Part shown: in pieces, positions 17,353 to 26,626 of the stretch
How the letters are laid out: every line of letters begins with the position of its first letter
Numbering within the stretch: position 1 is the stretch's first letter
Source of the DNA: Planctopirus limnophila DSM 3776
Lineage (GTDB): Bacteria > Planctomycetota > Planctomycetia > Planctomycetales > Planctomycetaceae
Direction of reading: 5' to 3'
Assembly (NCBI RefSeq): GCF_000092105.1
Contig: NC_014148.1
Location: forward strand, 1,470,001-1,502,000
Length of the DNA: 32,000 nt
The notes under the pieces: model-generated
Told to the model about the DNA's origin: nothing
The model's database searches: none
Seen by the model: the letters and a program-made list of their open reading frames with translations, nothing else
Made by a program: the position numbers and the translations under genes

Positions 17353-17680
17353 GATGCTCCGATATTCATCTCGCGCGTGATCAGCAGGTCGATAGCGATG
17401 TCATCCATCAGCATTTTGATCATAACGAGAGAATGCCCGGCTGGTTAGACCTCGACGAGATTTCCTGCCGGCGTGAAAGTGTGAGCCCTGTGCCGGATGG
17501 CGAAGCGAAAACCTTGATCTGCCATGAAGACTTGCTTCGACAATCCGGACACAGTTCATGGCTGTCACAGGCAGTAAGTGCTTCGGGTAATTTGCCGCAA
17601 TGTTAATGCGACATGCGCCTTCGCCTAGGCTCTTGAACGTGTAGTGCCGTGAGCAGGGTTCAGAGGAGACTCGATATTGA

Positions 17681-18388
17681 TTAGGGTCTCTTGCGAGGCT
17701 CAGTGGATAAGGCCTGCTCGACGACATAGCCTGCGGGCATGAGCGTCTGGTGATCGTTCGAGAAGGTGCCACCGGCTGGAGTGACTCGATTCTGGGGAGG
17801 AAGCGATGCTGCTGGTTTTGCTGGTGGAACCAATGTGAGCAGTGTCGGGCCCGAGCGAGTTCGCGTGTGCAGCACCACTTTCGGGAACGTTTGTTCTTTC
17901 GACAAAGAAGCAACTTCAATCTGGCGGACAAACAGGCGAAGGTCTTCGTCCCTCGGTATGCCGACCAGAGACTTCTGGTGATCCACCCGCCACTGGCAGA
18001 GTTGATGGAGTTCTTCAAAGCGGAGTTCGCCCGAAAGTTTTTCGAGAAGATCAACCACGTGCCCGGGAAGTGGTTCGCTCGTTGACCAGCGAATTCGCTC
18101 CAGCTCGGTTTTGTTCCACGAGGAGCGACCAGCCGAGGCTTTGGCAACTTCTCGTAGACGCTGCTCTACCTCTTTTTCGAGGGGAACCACGGGATTCAAA
18201 ACGACGGGCTCCTGCACGGCAGACAAACTTTGGGAATGTGCTGGTTGTTGATTGCGAATGTTTGAGGTTTCGGTCTGGGCCATGGAGCTGGTGACGCTGC
18301 TCAGACCATGGATCAGCATGGTGATGGCGAGCACAACACGGGATGGCCCGACAATGGCAAATTCTCGACGTTGGCACTGGGCAAACAT
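17681..18388 (-). CDS. Hypothetical secreted protein
   Basis: 235 aa with an N-terminal hydrophobic signal-like segment (VVLAITMLIHGLSSVTSSMAQ) and balanced composition. The overlapping ORF at 17401-18147, in another frame, is R/S-rich and looks spurious. I recognised no domain. Confidence 0.5.
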   Translation of the reverse strand: MFAQCQRREFAIVGPSRVVLAITMLIHGLSSVTSSMAQTETSNIRNQQPAHSQSLSAVQEPVVLNPVVPLEKEVEQRLREVAKASAGRSSWNKTELERIRWSTSEPLPGHVVDLLEKLSGELRFEELHQLCQWRVDHQKSLVGIPRDEDLRLFVRQIEVASLSKEQTFPKVVLHTRTRSGPTLLTLVPPAKPAASLPPQNRVTPAGGTFSNDHQTLMPAGYVVEQALSTEPRKRP

Positions 18389-18557
18389 CGGACGGTCTCC
18401 GAATTCAGCGGTAATTGACGGGAATACGCGGTTTGACAGAACGTCAAAGGGGAGGTGGAGCGGCAGGATGACGTGATATATCAGCGATGTGGATTTCGGG
18501 ATAGAGCAAGTTGTGCTCGATCCTGCTGCTGCAAGTTGCTGCTACATTTTTCTGTGT

Positions 18558-18632
18558 GAAAGAAGGAAAGAAGGAAAAAGGGAAGACGTTGCCTCCCGGG
18601 AATCCAACGCAATGGAGAGTTCCCCGGGAGGC
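18558..18632 (-). terminator. Probable intrinsic terminator of the AAA+ ATPase gene
   Basis: A perfect 10-bp GC-rich stem, GCCTCCCGGG (18591-18600) / CCCGGGAGGC (18623-18632), with a 22-nt loop. On the - strand it is followed by a 29-nt all-pyrimidine, T-rich run, which is the complement of the purine tract at 18558-18586. It lies 36 bp downstream of the stop at 18668. Confidence 0.45.
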
Positions 18633-18667
18633 AGATTCTCGTTGAAACACGTTTCCTGCGAACCGTA

Positions 18668-20095
18668 TTACTTGCCGTAATGGAGCCCAGTCCCGCGGGG
18701 TTGGCGGCTCAATCGATTGCTGCAGTACAGGCCATCCAGCAGAAATTCGGCCACGCTCGCGAGCACTGCTGTTCTTGTGGCACCCTCCAGCAGCGTTGGC
18801 TCGAGCTTTTTGGCAGCAGCTTCCACTTGCTCGCTGAAGCCGCGAATGGCACTCAATTTCTGCCAAGTTTGCTCAGACGACAGCCCATCGCCTAGCTCGA
18901 TCGACTCTCCCAGATCGAAATGTTCGACAACGTTTCGAAACTGCTTGGGATTAAAATGCTGGTCGAAGATGTTCTTGGTGGCCTCGTCAATAATGCGTCC
19001 CAGCAGTTTATCTTCCTCACCCGATTCATCCGACATCGAAAGTTCGAGCTTGCCGCGGGAACTGCTCACCATCGAATTGAGATCGCAAGTCCGGGCCACA
19101 GCCAGCTTCTCATGCTGCACAATGGCTCGTCTTTCCGCATTGGAGACGAGGTTTTCATAGTTGGCGATCGACATCCGCACGCTGACTCCCGATGCCTGAT
19201 TGACATGGGGGCTCTGGCGTGCGAGGCGAGCCGTTTCTTCGACAATTTCTTTGAGAAATGTCGGCACAATCACTTGAGTAGAGGAATCGCGATCTGTCCA
19301 GGCATTCTGATCGGTGATCGACATTCCCAGTTCACGCGTGAGGGGATAATGTGTGCGAATGACAGACCCAATTCGATCCTTGAGAGGGGTGACAATTCGC
19401 CCTCGGTTCGTGTAATCCTCCGGATTCGCACTGAAGACGATACAGACATCCAGATTCAGGCGGATCGGAAATCCGCGAATTTGAATGTCTCGCTCTTCGA
19501 GCACATTAAACAATCCCACCTGAATTTTGGGGCTTAAGTCGGGGACTTCGTTCATACAGAAGATTCCGCGATGAGCACGCGGGATCAGTCCAAAGTGAAG
19601 TACATCTTCGCTGGCAAGCTCTTTCCCTGAAGCATGTTTAACGAGATCGATTTCGCCGATGAGATCGGCAATCGTCACATCAGGCGTCGCCAGCTTTTCA
19701 AAGTATCGATCCGCGGCCCCCACATAATCAATGGGGCAATTGTCGCCTTCGACGGCAATTCGATCACGGGCATACTTCGAAAGTGGTGCCAAAGGGTCAT
19801 CATGAATTTCCGATCCCGCCACCATGGGCAAGGCGTCATCCAGCAGTGACGTTAACGACCTCAGAATGCGAGTTTTGCCCTGACCTCTCAGACCCAGAAA
19901 GAGCATATCGTGACGGGAAAGAATCGCGTTGACGATCTGCGGCGTGACGGTTTCCTCGTAGCCGACAATTCCCGGAAACAGATTTTCGCCTGAGCGCAAT
20001 TTACGAATGAGGTTCTTTCTCATTTCGTCCTTAACGCTCTGTGGTCGATAACCCGATTCCCGAAGTTGACCAACTGTCTGGGGACGATCCACCAT
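18668..20095 (-). CDS. ChlI/BchI-like (Mg-chelatase-type) AAA+ ATPase, often annotated 'sigma-54-interacting' ATPase
   Basis: Walker A is 'FLGLRGQGKTRI' and the Walker B region is 'RGIFCMNEVPDL'. 'FNVLEERDIQIRGFPIRLNLDVCIVFSANPEDYTNRGRIVTPLKDR' is typical of the ChlI-like clade. I chose the ATG at 20095 (MVDRPQTVGQLRESGY...), which is preceded by AGAGGG. The track start at 20149 adds 18 residues. Confidence 0.8.
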   Translation of the reverse strand: MVDRPQTVGQLRESGYRPQSVKDEMRKNLIRKLRSGENLFPGIVGYEETVTPQIVNAILSRHDMLFLGLRGQGKTRILRSLTSLLDDALPMVAGSEIHDDPLAPLSKYARDRIAVEGDNCPIDYVGAADRYFEKLATPDVTIADLIGEIDLVKHASGKELASEDVLHFGLIPRAHRGIFCMNEVPDLSPKIQVGLFNVLEERDIQIRGFPIRLNLDVCIVFSANPEDYTNRGRIVTPLKDRIGSVIRTHYPLTRELGMSITDQNAWTDRDSSTQVIVPTFLKEIVEETARLARQSPHVNQASGVSVRMSIANYENLVSNAERRAIVQHEKLAVARTCDLNSMVSSSRGKLELSMSDESGEEDKLLGRIIDEATKNIFDQHFNPKQFRNVVEHFDLGESIELGDGLSSEQTWQKLSAIRGFSEQVEAAAKKLEPTLLEGATRTAVLASVAEFLLDGLYCSNRLSRQPRGTGLHYGK

Positions 20096-20534
20096 TACCT
20101 GCCCTCTAACAATGAAATTCCAGGCCATATGCGACCCACATCCGCCCACTCATCCACATTATAGGCAGGGGGGCATGATGTCGAATGCCAAATGAACTGT
20201 GGAAAAACGAGAGTCATCCGATTGTGGTCTTCCCGGAACAGGCGAGACAGGTTGGGCTTTCCCGTTTTCCAGCCACCAGATGATGTGGCTGCTGCCCGGA
20301 ACTTGAGGCAAAAGTGGGGAACGGCTGCCAAATCCTGAATTTTCTCTTTTCGTCCATCAAAAGCTTTGTTACTTTCCCGTACTCTCCGACAGGATGTCGT
20401 GATAGATTATGGATGAGCTGAAGGTTTTCGTATTTTACAACGAGCCTCGATAGACTCGACGTTTGATTGGCAAGGAGGCCATGGTGACAACCGGCAAAAC
20501 CACGAGCAGCAATCCTTCGGCCTGGCTGTGTGAT

Positions 20535-21047
20535 ATGCAGATTCGGTGGATGATCCGCCGAGACATGCCGGAAGTGCTCGAAATCGAGAAAAAGAGCTTC
20601 GAATACTCCTGGTCTGAAGAAGACTTTCTGAACTGCCTTCGCCAGAGAAACTGCATTGGCATGGTGGCCGAGCATCATGAGCAGATTGTGGGCTATATGG
20701 TCTACGAACTGCTGAAGGACCAGCTTCATATTTTGAATTTTGCAGTCGCTCCGGGTCATCGTCGCCAAGGCGTAGGGACTCGTCTGATGGATAAGCTGGT
20801 TGGCAAACTGGCCATGCAGCGCCGGCAGGAAATCACTTTCGAAGTCCGCGAAACAAATCTCGCTGCCCAGCTCTTTTTCAAGAGCCGTGGCTGCCAGGCG
20901 GTCGATGTGTTGCGCGGTCATTACGTCGATACCGATGAAGATGCTTACCAGATGGCTTACTCGCCCTTTGGAAGCGATGTACTGCGCATGGATCGCGAGA
21001 AGAAAAATCGCCTGGCGGATTGGGATGACGATCGCGCTGCTGCATAG
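20535..21047 (+). CDS. rimI: Ribosomal-protein-alanine N-acetyltransferase RimI
   Basis: 'IRRDMPEVLEIEKKSFEYSWSEEDF...GYMVYELLKDQLHILNFAVAPGHRRQGVGTRLMDKLV...ITFEVRETNLAAQLFFKSRGCQAV..LRGHYVD..EDAYQMAY' aligns motif-for-motif with E. coli RimI as I recall it. Alternative starts are the ATG at 20481 (AAGGAG only 3 nt upstream) and the TTG at 20463. Confidence 0.8.
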   Translation: MQIRWMIRRDMPEVLEIEKKSFEYSWSEEDFLNCLRQRNCIGMVAEHHEQIVGYMVYELLKDQLHILNFAVAPGHRRQGVGTRLMDKLVGKLAMQRRQEITFEVRETNLAAQLFFKSRGCQAVDVLRGHYVDTDEDAYQMAYSPFGSDVLRMDREKKNRLADWDDDRAAA

Positions 21048-21083
21048 CGAAGATCGTCTTCAGACATAGCCGTGAGCAATAGG

Positions 21084-21115
21084 CGGGGATCGATTTTCGA
21101 TCCCCGTTTGTTATT
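21084..21115 (+). terminator. Rho-independent terminator after rimI
   Basis: CGGGGATCGA-TTT-TCGATCCCCG is a perfect 10-bp stem (21084-21106). It is followed immediately by TTTGTTATT. Confidence 0.75.
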
Positions 21116-21163
21116 GGACGTCCCGATGTTGGTCGCTCAACTGACCCCTTTGAAGTTGATGGC

Positions 21164-21181
21164 TGTGATCGATTGATCACA
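21164..21181. promoter_or_regulatory. Candidate operator palindrome upstream of the SGNH-DUF1080 gene
   Basis: TGTGATC-GATT-GATCACA has perfect 7-bp inverted arms. It lies 54 bp upstream of the ATG at 21235 and downstream of the rimI terminator. Confidence 0.35.
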
Positions 21182-21234
21182 CATTTCACGAAACACACTT
21201 GCATCTGTTGATTCGATCGGGAAGGATTCTCAGT

Positions 21235-22578
21235 ATGAGAAATACCTTCGCCACCATCGCTCTTGCCCTGTTCAGTACACTCTGCCTTCCCGGCTTCAGC
21301 CAGGCAGCAGACAAACCGCTGGTTAAGGAACCACCGGCAATCGTTCAGCATCTTTCGATCCCGGAAACGGATGAAGGACTTCCTGGTGCCGGACCCATTC
21401 GCAGGTATGACTGGTTCAAGAATCTTTGGAAACAGCGACGCGGTCAGTGGGTGAAAGATGCGGCTAACGATCAAGGGGCCGTCGTCCTTTATGGCGATTC
21501 GATTACCCAGGGCTGGGGTGATCGCTTCTCCCAGTTTTTCCCCGGCTTAAAGACGGCCAATCGAGGCATCAGCGGCGACACGACCCGTGGCATGCTCCTC
21601 CGCCTGAATGACGATGCCCTGCGGCTTGCTCCGAAGGGGATGGTGCTCCTCATGGGCACAAATGACCTCGAAGAAGGGGCCTCGCCGGAGGTGATCGTCG
21701 CCAACGTGCAACTCATTCTGCAGGCGATCGAAGCTTCCAACGCGAAGATGCCCGTCATCCTCTCACTCGTCTTCCCGAGTTCAGAAACGAAAAAACGCCC
21801 CGCTGCTCAAATCAAAGCGATCAACGCAGGGTTGGCCAAGATGGCGAAAGATTTTCCCCAGGTGACAGTTCTCGATACCTGGACACTCTTTGCCAATGAA
21901 ACGGGTGATGCCAAAGCCGCTGAATTCCCCGATCTGCTGCATCCGAATGATGCAGGCTATGAAAAGTGGGCCAAGGCTCTGCGGCCACTGTTCGCCACTG
22001 CTGGCCTGGTCGAGACTGAAGTCGATTCTTTTGTACCCGAAGAAGGATTCGTCAGCCTTTTCAATGGCAAAGATCTGACAGGTTGGGGCTGGCGTGGCAA
22101 AAAAAAACCCGAGGGTGAGACCGCTCCCGGCAATCCCGCAGGCATCGTTTCCTTCGATGGGAAAACCGCATCCGATGACGGTCGTTATCAGGTGATCAAT
22201 GGTCGCATTGTAGTTACCACACCCATTGAAGGCCGACGGGTCCAGCAATTGTGGACGACCGCTGAGTTCCCCAAAGACTTTGAATTGCGACTGGAATTTC
22301 GAGCTACACCCAATGCCGACAGTGGTGTGTTTATTCGCAAGCCGCAGCTTCAATGTCGCGATTATCCTTTAGCCGGGCCCTACAAAAATCTCAAAAACTA
22401 CAAGCCTCAGGATTGGAACGAACTCGTCGTCGTGGTCAAAGACGGCAAGGCCTACTGCACCTGCAATGGTGAAGTTCTGGAAGCGGCACTCACTGTTCCT
22501 GAAACAGGCCCCATTGGCCTCGAAGGAGACCGTGGCCAGATGGAATACCGACGTTTGCGGCTCAAAACCTTGAATTGA
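21235..22578 (+). CDS. Secreted SGNH/GDSL hydrolase fused to a C-terminal DUF1080 domain
   Basis: Signal peptide MRNTFATIALALFSTLCLPGFSQA. SGNH blocks are 'VVLYGDSITQGW', 'GISGDTT', 'LLMGTNDL' and 'DLLHPNDAGYEKWA'. The second half reads 'GFVSLFNGKDLTGWGW...DFELRLEFRATPNADSGVFIR...WNELVVVVKDGKAYCTCNGEVL...GPIGLEGDRGQMEYRRLRL', which is DUF1080. Confidence 0.85.
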   Translation: MRNTFATIALALFSTLCLPGFSQAADKPLVKEPPAIVQHLSIPETDEGLPGAGPIRRYDWFKNLWKQRRGQWVKDAANDQGAVVLYGDSITQGWGDRFSQFFPGLKTANRGISGDTTRGMLLRLNDDALRLAPKGMVLLMGTNDLEEGASPEVIVANVQLILQAIEASNAKMPVILSLVFPSSETKKRPAAQIKAINAGLAKMAKDFPQVTVLDTWTLFANETGDAKAAEFPDLLHPNDAGYEKWAKALRPLFATAGLVETEVDSFVPEEGFVSLFNGKDLTGWGWRGKKKPEGETAPGNPAGIVSFDGKTASDDGRYQVINGRIVVTTPIEGRRVQQLWTTAEFPKDFELRLEFRATPNADSGVFIRKPQLQCRDYPLAGPYKNLKNYKPQDWNELVVVVKDGKAYCTCNGEVLEAALTVPETGPIGLEGDRGQMEYRRLRLKTLN

Positions 22579-22660
22579 ATTCTCTCAACAGAACTTTGCG
22601 AAGCGTTATCTGTCGTATTTTCGCAGAGAATTGCTCGATGACCGCAACTCAAATCGACTA

Positions 22661-22678
22661 AGGCCGCACCTGAAGATG
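22661..22678. repeat. 18-bp direct repeat, copy A (orphan duplicate of the smc stop region)
   Basis: AGGCCGCACCTGAAGATG is identical to 22799-22816. It abuts the truncated end of repeat copy 4. Confidence 0.9.
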
Positions 22679-22798
22679 GTTATGGGGTGGCTGAGGCCAA
22701 ACGTCTTCGCGAACCCCCAGTTCTTGCCCAAAGTGGCTGGGGGTTCGAAGACTCAATCCCAGCCACCAGAAGTGCAGTTGTTGATTGAAATCCGATTT
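22679..22798 (-). repeat. Nested-palindrome intergenic repeat, copy 4 (reverse orientation, one terminus missing)
   Basis: The reverse complement reads AAATCGGATTTCAATCAACAACTGCACTTCTGGTGGCTGGGATTGAGTCTTCGAACCCCCAGCC..CTGGGGGTTCGCGAAGACGTTTGGCCTCAGCCACCCCATAAC. It lacks the CGCAGTTGAATACTGGAATCCG terminus. Confidence 0.8.
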
Positions 22799-25700
22799 AG
22801 GCCGCACCTGAAGATGTCGCTGGGCGGAAGTGGCCATCATCGGAGACATCTTCGAAACGGACAGACATTCGTTTCGAGACACCAGATTCTTCCATCGTGA
22901 CACCGTACAGCACATCAGCGACGACCATCGATCGCTTGTGATGAGTAATCATGATGAACTGAGTGTCTTCTCGAAACTCGCGAATGACAGCCGTAAATCG
23001 TTCGACGTTGGCTTCATCCAGGGCTGCATCCACTTCATCCAGGATGCAGAAGGGGCTGGGCTTGGTGCGGAAGATCGCCATGATCAGCGCGATGGCTGTC
23101 ATCGTGCGTTCGCCACCTGAAAGCAGCGAAATACTGCGCAGTTCTTTCCCTGGAGGCCGAGCCTTGATATCGATGCCGCATTCAAGAATCTGATTGGGAT
23201 CTTCGAGAACAATATCTCCTTCACCGCCACCAAAGACCTTTCGGAAAAGATCCTGAAAGTTGGTGCGAATCGTGGCAAAGGTTTCAGCAAAGAGCTTACG
23301 GCTCTCCTGTTTGATCCTCCGGATGATGTCTTCTAACGTTGCTTTCGCTTCCACGAGGTCCTGAAGTTGTGCCGCCAGTTGTTGATAGCGCTGCTCCAGT
23401 TGTTCGAGATCATTAAGGCTCTCTGTGTTCACACTCCCCAGCAGTTTGAGTTTTCGTCTTAATCGCTGGACGTGTGCATCGACTTCGGGGCGAATGGCCT
23501 CAAAAGTAATGTCTTCCAAAGCCAGATCAGAGCTCGTTAACGGTGCTGTCTCTTCTTCGCTTGAGGCGGTTTCATGATGTGCTGATAAACGCTGCTCCCG
23601 ATAGTTTTTCAGCGCACTATGTTCCGAAGCCGCCAGTTCCGCAGGTTGCGGATGCCCCTCTTCCTGAAGTCGCTCGGCAATGGCAGCTAACGCATGTTCC
23701 AGATCGCGTTGCCGCATGACGATCGCTTGCCGCTCATCGTCGAGTTTTCGCTCTTGTTGACGTAATTTGAGTTCTAATTGCAGTGTCTGGCTGCGGCTGG
23801 AACGGAGCGACTGCTTCTGGTGTTCGAGTCTGGAGGAAGTGATCGCCAGGCTTTCAATTTCGATCATCGATTCGTCTGTCAGAGCGGAAGCATTCAGCAT
23901 CTGCAGCGTCAACTCGGATCGCGTCGCCAAGGCTTCCTGAACCCGACGTTCGGCTTCATCGCGCTGAGCCAACCGGCTTTGCACCTCTTCGGCCAGACGG
24001 GCACTTTGCTTTTGCCAGCCAGCCAGGCGTTCAGCCTGTGTCGCCAGTTCCAGTTGTTCGCGATTGATGGCCTCGATGAGTTGCCTGCGCGCCAGCGCGG
24101 TCTGATCCAGCAGGTTACGAGCTTTCTGGAGTGCGGTCTCTTGAGAACGGCGCTGTTCTTCGAGACGAGTTTTCTCTTCAGTGAATTCGGTTTGAGAAGT
24201 CTGTAAATGGAGTAATTGAGTTTCTACGGCAGCACGGTTGGCATGGGCTTTTTCCAGTTCAGACTGCAGTCGTTGTTCGATCTGTTCGGCCAACGAAACC
24301 TGTGAACGCACCTCGGCGAGTCGTGTGGCTGCCGTGTCCGCTTCAGTTGCGGCGGCTTCGAGAGAGGCGTCAGCAGCAGACAACTGGGTGTAAGTGATGT
24401 TCACCGATTGTTCTTGCCGCTCGATCTCCCGCTCCAGGCGTGCAATGTCGATGCGCAGTTGACGCAATTCGCTTTTTCTCGGGATGACCGCGGTATCTGT
24501 GCGTAGTGTTCCCAGTGCAATCGCGCCGTTGGCTTCGAGAACTTCTCCCTGCAAAGTGACGAACCGACAGCTTTGCCCTTCCCCTGCGGAAAGTCTGACT
24601 GCCGTCGGCAGGTCATGAACGATCCATGTATCTGCCAGGACAGCCGCCGCCAGTCCATGGACACCACGTTCCTGACGGATCAGACGATCGGCCCGAGTGA
24701 CAACACCCGGCTGTCCATCGAGAGAAACCAGCCGACGGTGATCGAGTGGGAAGTGAATGAATCGGGTTCCCTGCCACGCTGGCTGACGGAAATCAGATCC
24801 TTCTGTTTCGGGGATCGCCAGAAACTGAACCCGCGACGAAAGTTGAGCCTGACTGCGTCCCAGGTAATCCAGCAGTGGCTGGTATTCTCGCAGCACAATG
24901 ATATGGGCGCGCGAGCCCAGTGCCACTTCGACCAGAGCGGCATCATTGAGATCGACATCCAGAAGATCGGACAGACTTCCGACGACGGAATCCCACGGAG
25001 CCTGCCTTGTCGTACGGGCTCGATGCAGAATTTCACGCACACCAATCCCGAGACCCTCTTCGCGCGATTCGAGATCTTCAAGTACTGATTTTCTGGCCAT
25101 GGCAGCACTGCGCTGTTCACGCAGGCTGGACAATCTTTCGCGAGCACTGTCTTGAGTACCAATCAGTTGGAATCTCTGAGATTGCACGCTTTTGAGATGT
25201 TCCAGCGTCTGTGCATGATGCGTCGAGGCCAGATTCATCTCGGCGTGAAGCACTGTCCGTTTCTGCTGAGCGTGATGCAGCTTTTCTCGAAGTTCTTCGA
25301 TTTGCTGTTCATTCATCAGCAATGCCAGTTGCTGACTGTCAGTCTGTGCCGCCAGTTGTGTTAACTGACTCTCGATCTGCTGGGTCTTGCGCTCAAGTTC
25401 CCGCAACTGCTGTTCCTGTAACTGCAGTTGAATTGAGTCACTTTCCTGCTGCTGATCGAGATGAACCAACTGTGTTTGCTGTTTCTCAAAACTCTCCCGG
25501 CGCTGGGCATATTCTGTCTGAATTTCAGCAGATCGAGCTGCAGAAGACTGAATTTCCTGGAATGAAGCATCATATCGCTGAGCGAGCATGACCCGCTGGC
25601 GGTAGAGACGTGTCAGTTCGCTTTCGAGCTCACTCATCCGAGATTTGAGAAACTGAACAGTCGCCTGATCCCCAGCAACTTCCTGTCGCAGGCCGTTCAA

Positions 25701-26564
25701 CTTCTCGTTGACCTGACGAATCTCTCCATCGAGTGCGGATAACTCGTGCTCGGTCAGTTTTTCATCGGCTTCGATCTTCTGATGCTCGCTGGTCAGATTT
25801 TCCCGCTCGGCATCGAGAGCCACAATCTTTGCAGCGAGTTCATTCAGTTGGAATTGCAAAGCCCGCGTATCGTCTGCCGCCAGGCCCAGCCACCATCGAG
25901 TGAGTTCCTGATGGAGTTCCCGATATTTGACGGCTTTAGCGGCCTGGCTGCGCGTCGAGTTCAACCGGCCTTCGACTTCATCAACAATATCTGTCAGTCG
26001 CAACAGGTTCTGATCGACACGCTCGAGTTTGCGCAGTGCTTCCTGCTCGCGAGTTCGAAATCGACTGATCCCCGCGGCTTCTTCAAAAACAGCACGCCGA
26101 CTGGAGGGGTTTCCCTGAAGAATCTGATCGACTCGCCCCTGCTCGATGATCGAATAGGCCGACGCACCAGCGCCAGTTCCCATGAAAAGATCGCGAACAT
26201 CTTTGAGCCGCGCGTTTTGCCGATTGATTAAGTATTCGGCTTCTCCATTTCGCCAGATGCGCCGCCCGACAGTCACTTCGGGAGTTTCAATCGGCAGGAG
26301 GCCCGAGGAATTATCAAAGGTTAATGTGGCTTCGGCATAGGCATTGGGTTTTCGTCCAGCCGAACCGTTGAAGATCACATCGGTCATCTCTTTGCCGCGC
26401 AGGCTCTTGGCACTTTGATCGCCAAGAATCCACTTCAGAGCATCGACGACGTTACTTTTTCCACTGCCATTGGGGCCAACAACCGACGTGATCCCCGAGG
26501 CGAAATCGAAACGTGTTCGATCCGCGAAGCTCTTGAAGCCGAAAAGTTCCAGCGCTTTGAGCAT
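22797..26564 (-). CDS. smc: Chromosome segregation protein SMC
   Basis: The N-terminus is '[48 protein letters not shown]' (Walker A). Long coiled coils rich in Q/E/L/R and a central hinge follow. The C-terminus carries '[40 protein letters not shown]' (signature motif and Walker B). 1255 aa. Confidence 0.95.
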   Translation of the reverse strand: MLKALELFGFKSFADRTRFDFASGITSVVGPNGSGKSNVVDALKWILGDQSAKSLRGKEMTDVIFNGSAGRKPNAYAEATLTFDNSSGLLPIETPEVTVGRRIWRNGEAEYLINRQNARLKDVRDLFMGTGAGASAYSIIEQGRVDQILQGNPSSRRAVFEEAAGISRFRTREQEALRKLERVDQNLLRLTDIVDEVEGRLNSTRSQAAKAVKYRELHQELTRWWLGLAADDTRALQFQLNELAAKIVALDAERENLTSEHQKIEADEKLTEHELSALDGEIRQVNEKLNGLRQEVAGDQATVQFLKSRMSELESELTRLYRQRVMLAQRYDASFQEIQSSAARSAEIQTEYAQRRESFEKQQTQLVHLDQQQESDSIQLQLQEQQLRELERKTQQIESQLTQLAAQTDSQQLALLMNEQQIEELREKLHHAQQKRTVLHAEMNLASTHHAQTLEHLKSVQSQRFQLIGTQDSARERLSSLREQRSAAMARKSVLEDLESREEGLGIGVREILHRARTTRQAPWDSVVGSLSDLLDVDLNDAALVEVALGSRAHIIVLREYQPLLDYLGRSQAQLSSRVQFLAIPETEGSDFRQPAWQGTRFIHFPLDHRRLVSLDGQPGVVTRADRLIRQERGVHGLAAAVLADTWIVHDLPTAVRLSAGEGQSCRFVTLQGEVLEANGAIALGTLRTDTAVIPRKSELRQLRIDIARLEREIERQEQSVNITYTQLSAADASLEAAATEADTAATRLAEVRSQVSLAEQIEQRLQSELEKAHANRAAVETQLLHLQTSQTEFTEEKTRLEEQRRSQETALQKARNLLDQTALARRQLIEAINREQLELATQAERLAGWQKQSARLAEEVQSRLAQRDEAERRVQEALATRSELTLQMLNASALTDESMIEIESLAITSSRLEHQKQSLRSSRSQTLQLELKLRQQERKLDDERQAIVMRQRDLEHALAAIAERLQEEGHPQPAELAASEHSALKNYREQRLSAHHETASSEEETAPLTSSDLALEDITFEAIRPEVDAHVQRLRRKLKLLGSVNTESLNDLEQLEQRYQQLAAQLQDLVEAKATLEDIIRRIKQESRKLFAETFATIRTNFQDLFRKVFGGGEGDIVLEDPNQILECGIDIKARPPGKELRSISLLSGGERTMTAIALIMAIFRTKPSPFCILDEVDAALDEANVERFTAVIREFREDTQFIMITHHKRSMVVADVLYGVTMEESGVSKRMSVRFEDVSDDGHFRPATSSGAA
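22799..22816. repeat. 18-bp direct repeat, copy B (last codons plus first stop base of smc)
   Basis: AGGCCGCACCTGAAGATG. On the - strand it encodes ..T S S G A A followed by the T of TAA. Confidence 0.9.
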
Positions 26565-26626
26565 GGGAAGAACACTTGAAACAATGGAACATCAACAACC
26601 GGAATCACATACCCCGAGGAATTGTC

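Noticed and set aside
22578-22632. A long imperfect inverted repeat (AATTCTCT ... AGAGAATT, with inner TGCGAA/TTCGCA) after the SGNH-DUF1080 stop, considered as a terminator.
   Set aside because: The stems are short, AT-rich and widely separated, with no U-tract. It is too weak to call. The adjacent repeat copy 4 hairpin is a better terminator candidate.
5961-22798. The four repeat copies considered as a possible CRISPR array or other regularly spaced array.
   Set aside because: The copies are 0.6 to 10 kb apart, in mixed orientation, 100-143 bp long and separated by ordinary genes. No cas genes are present.
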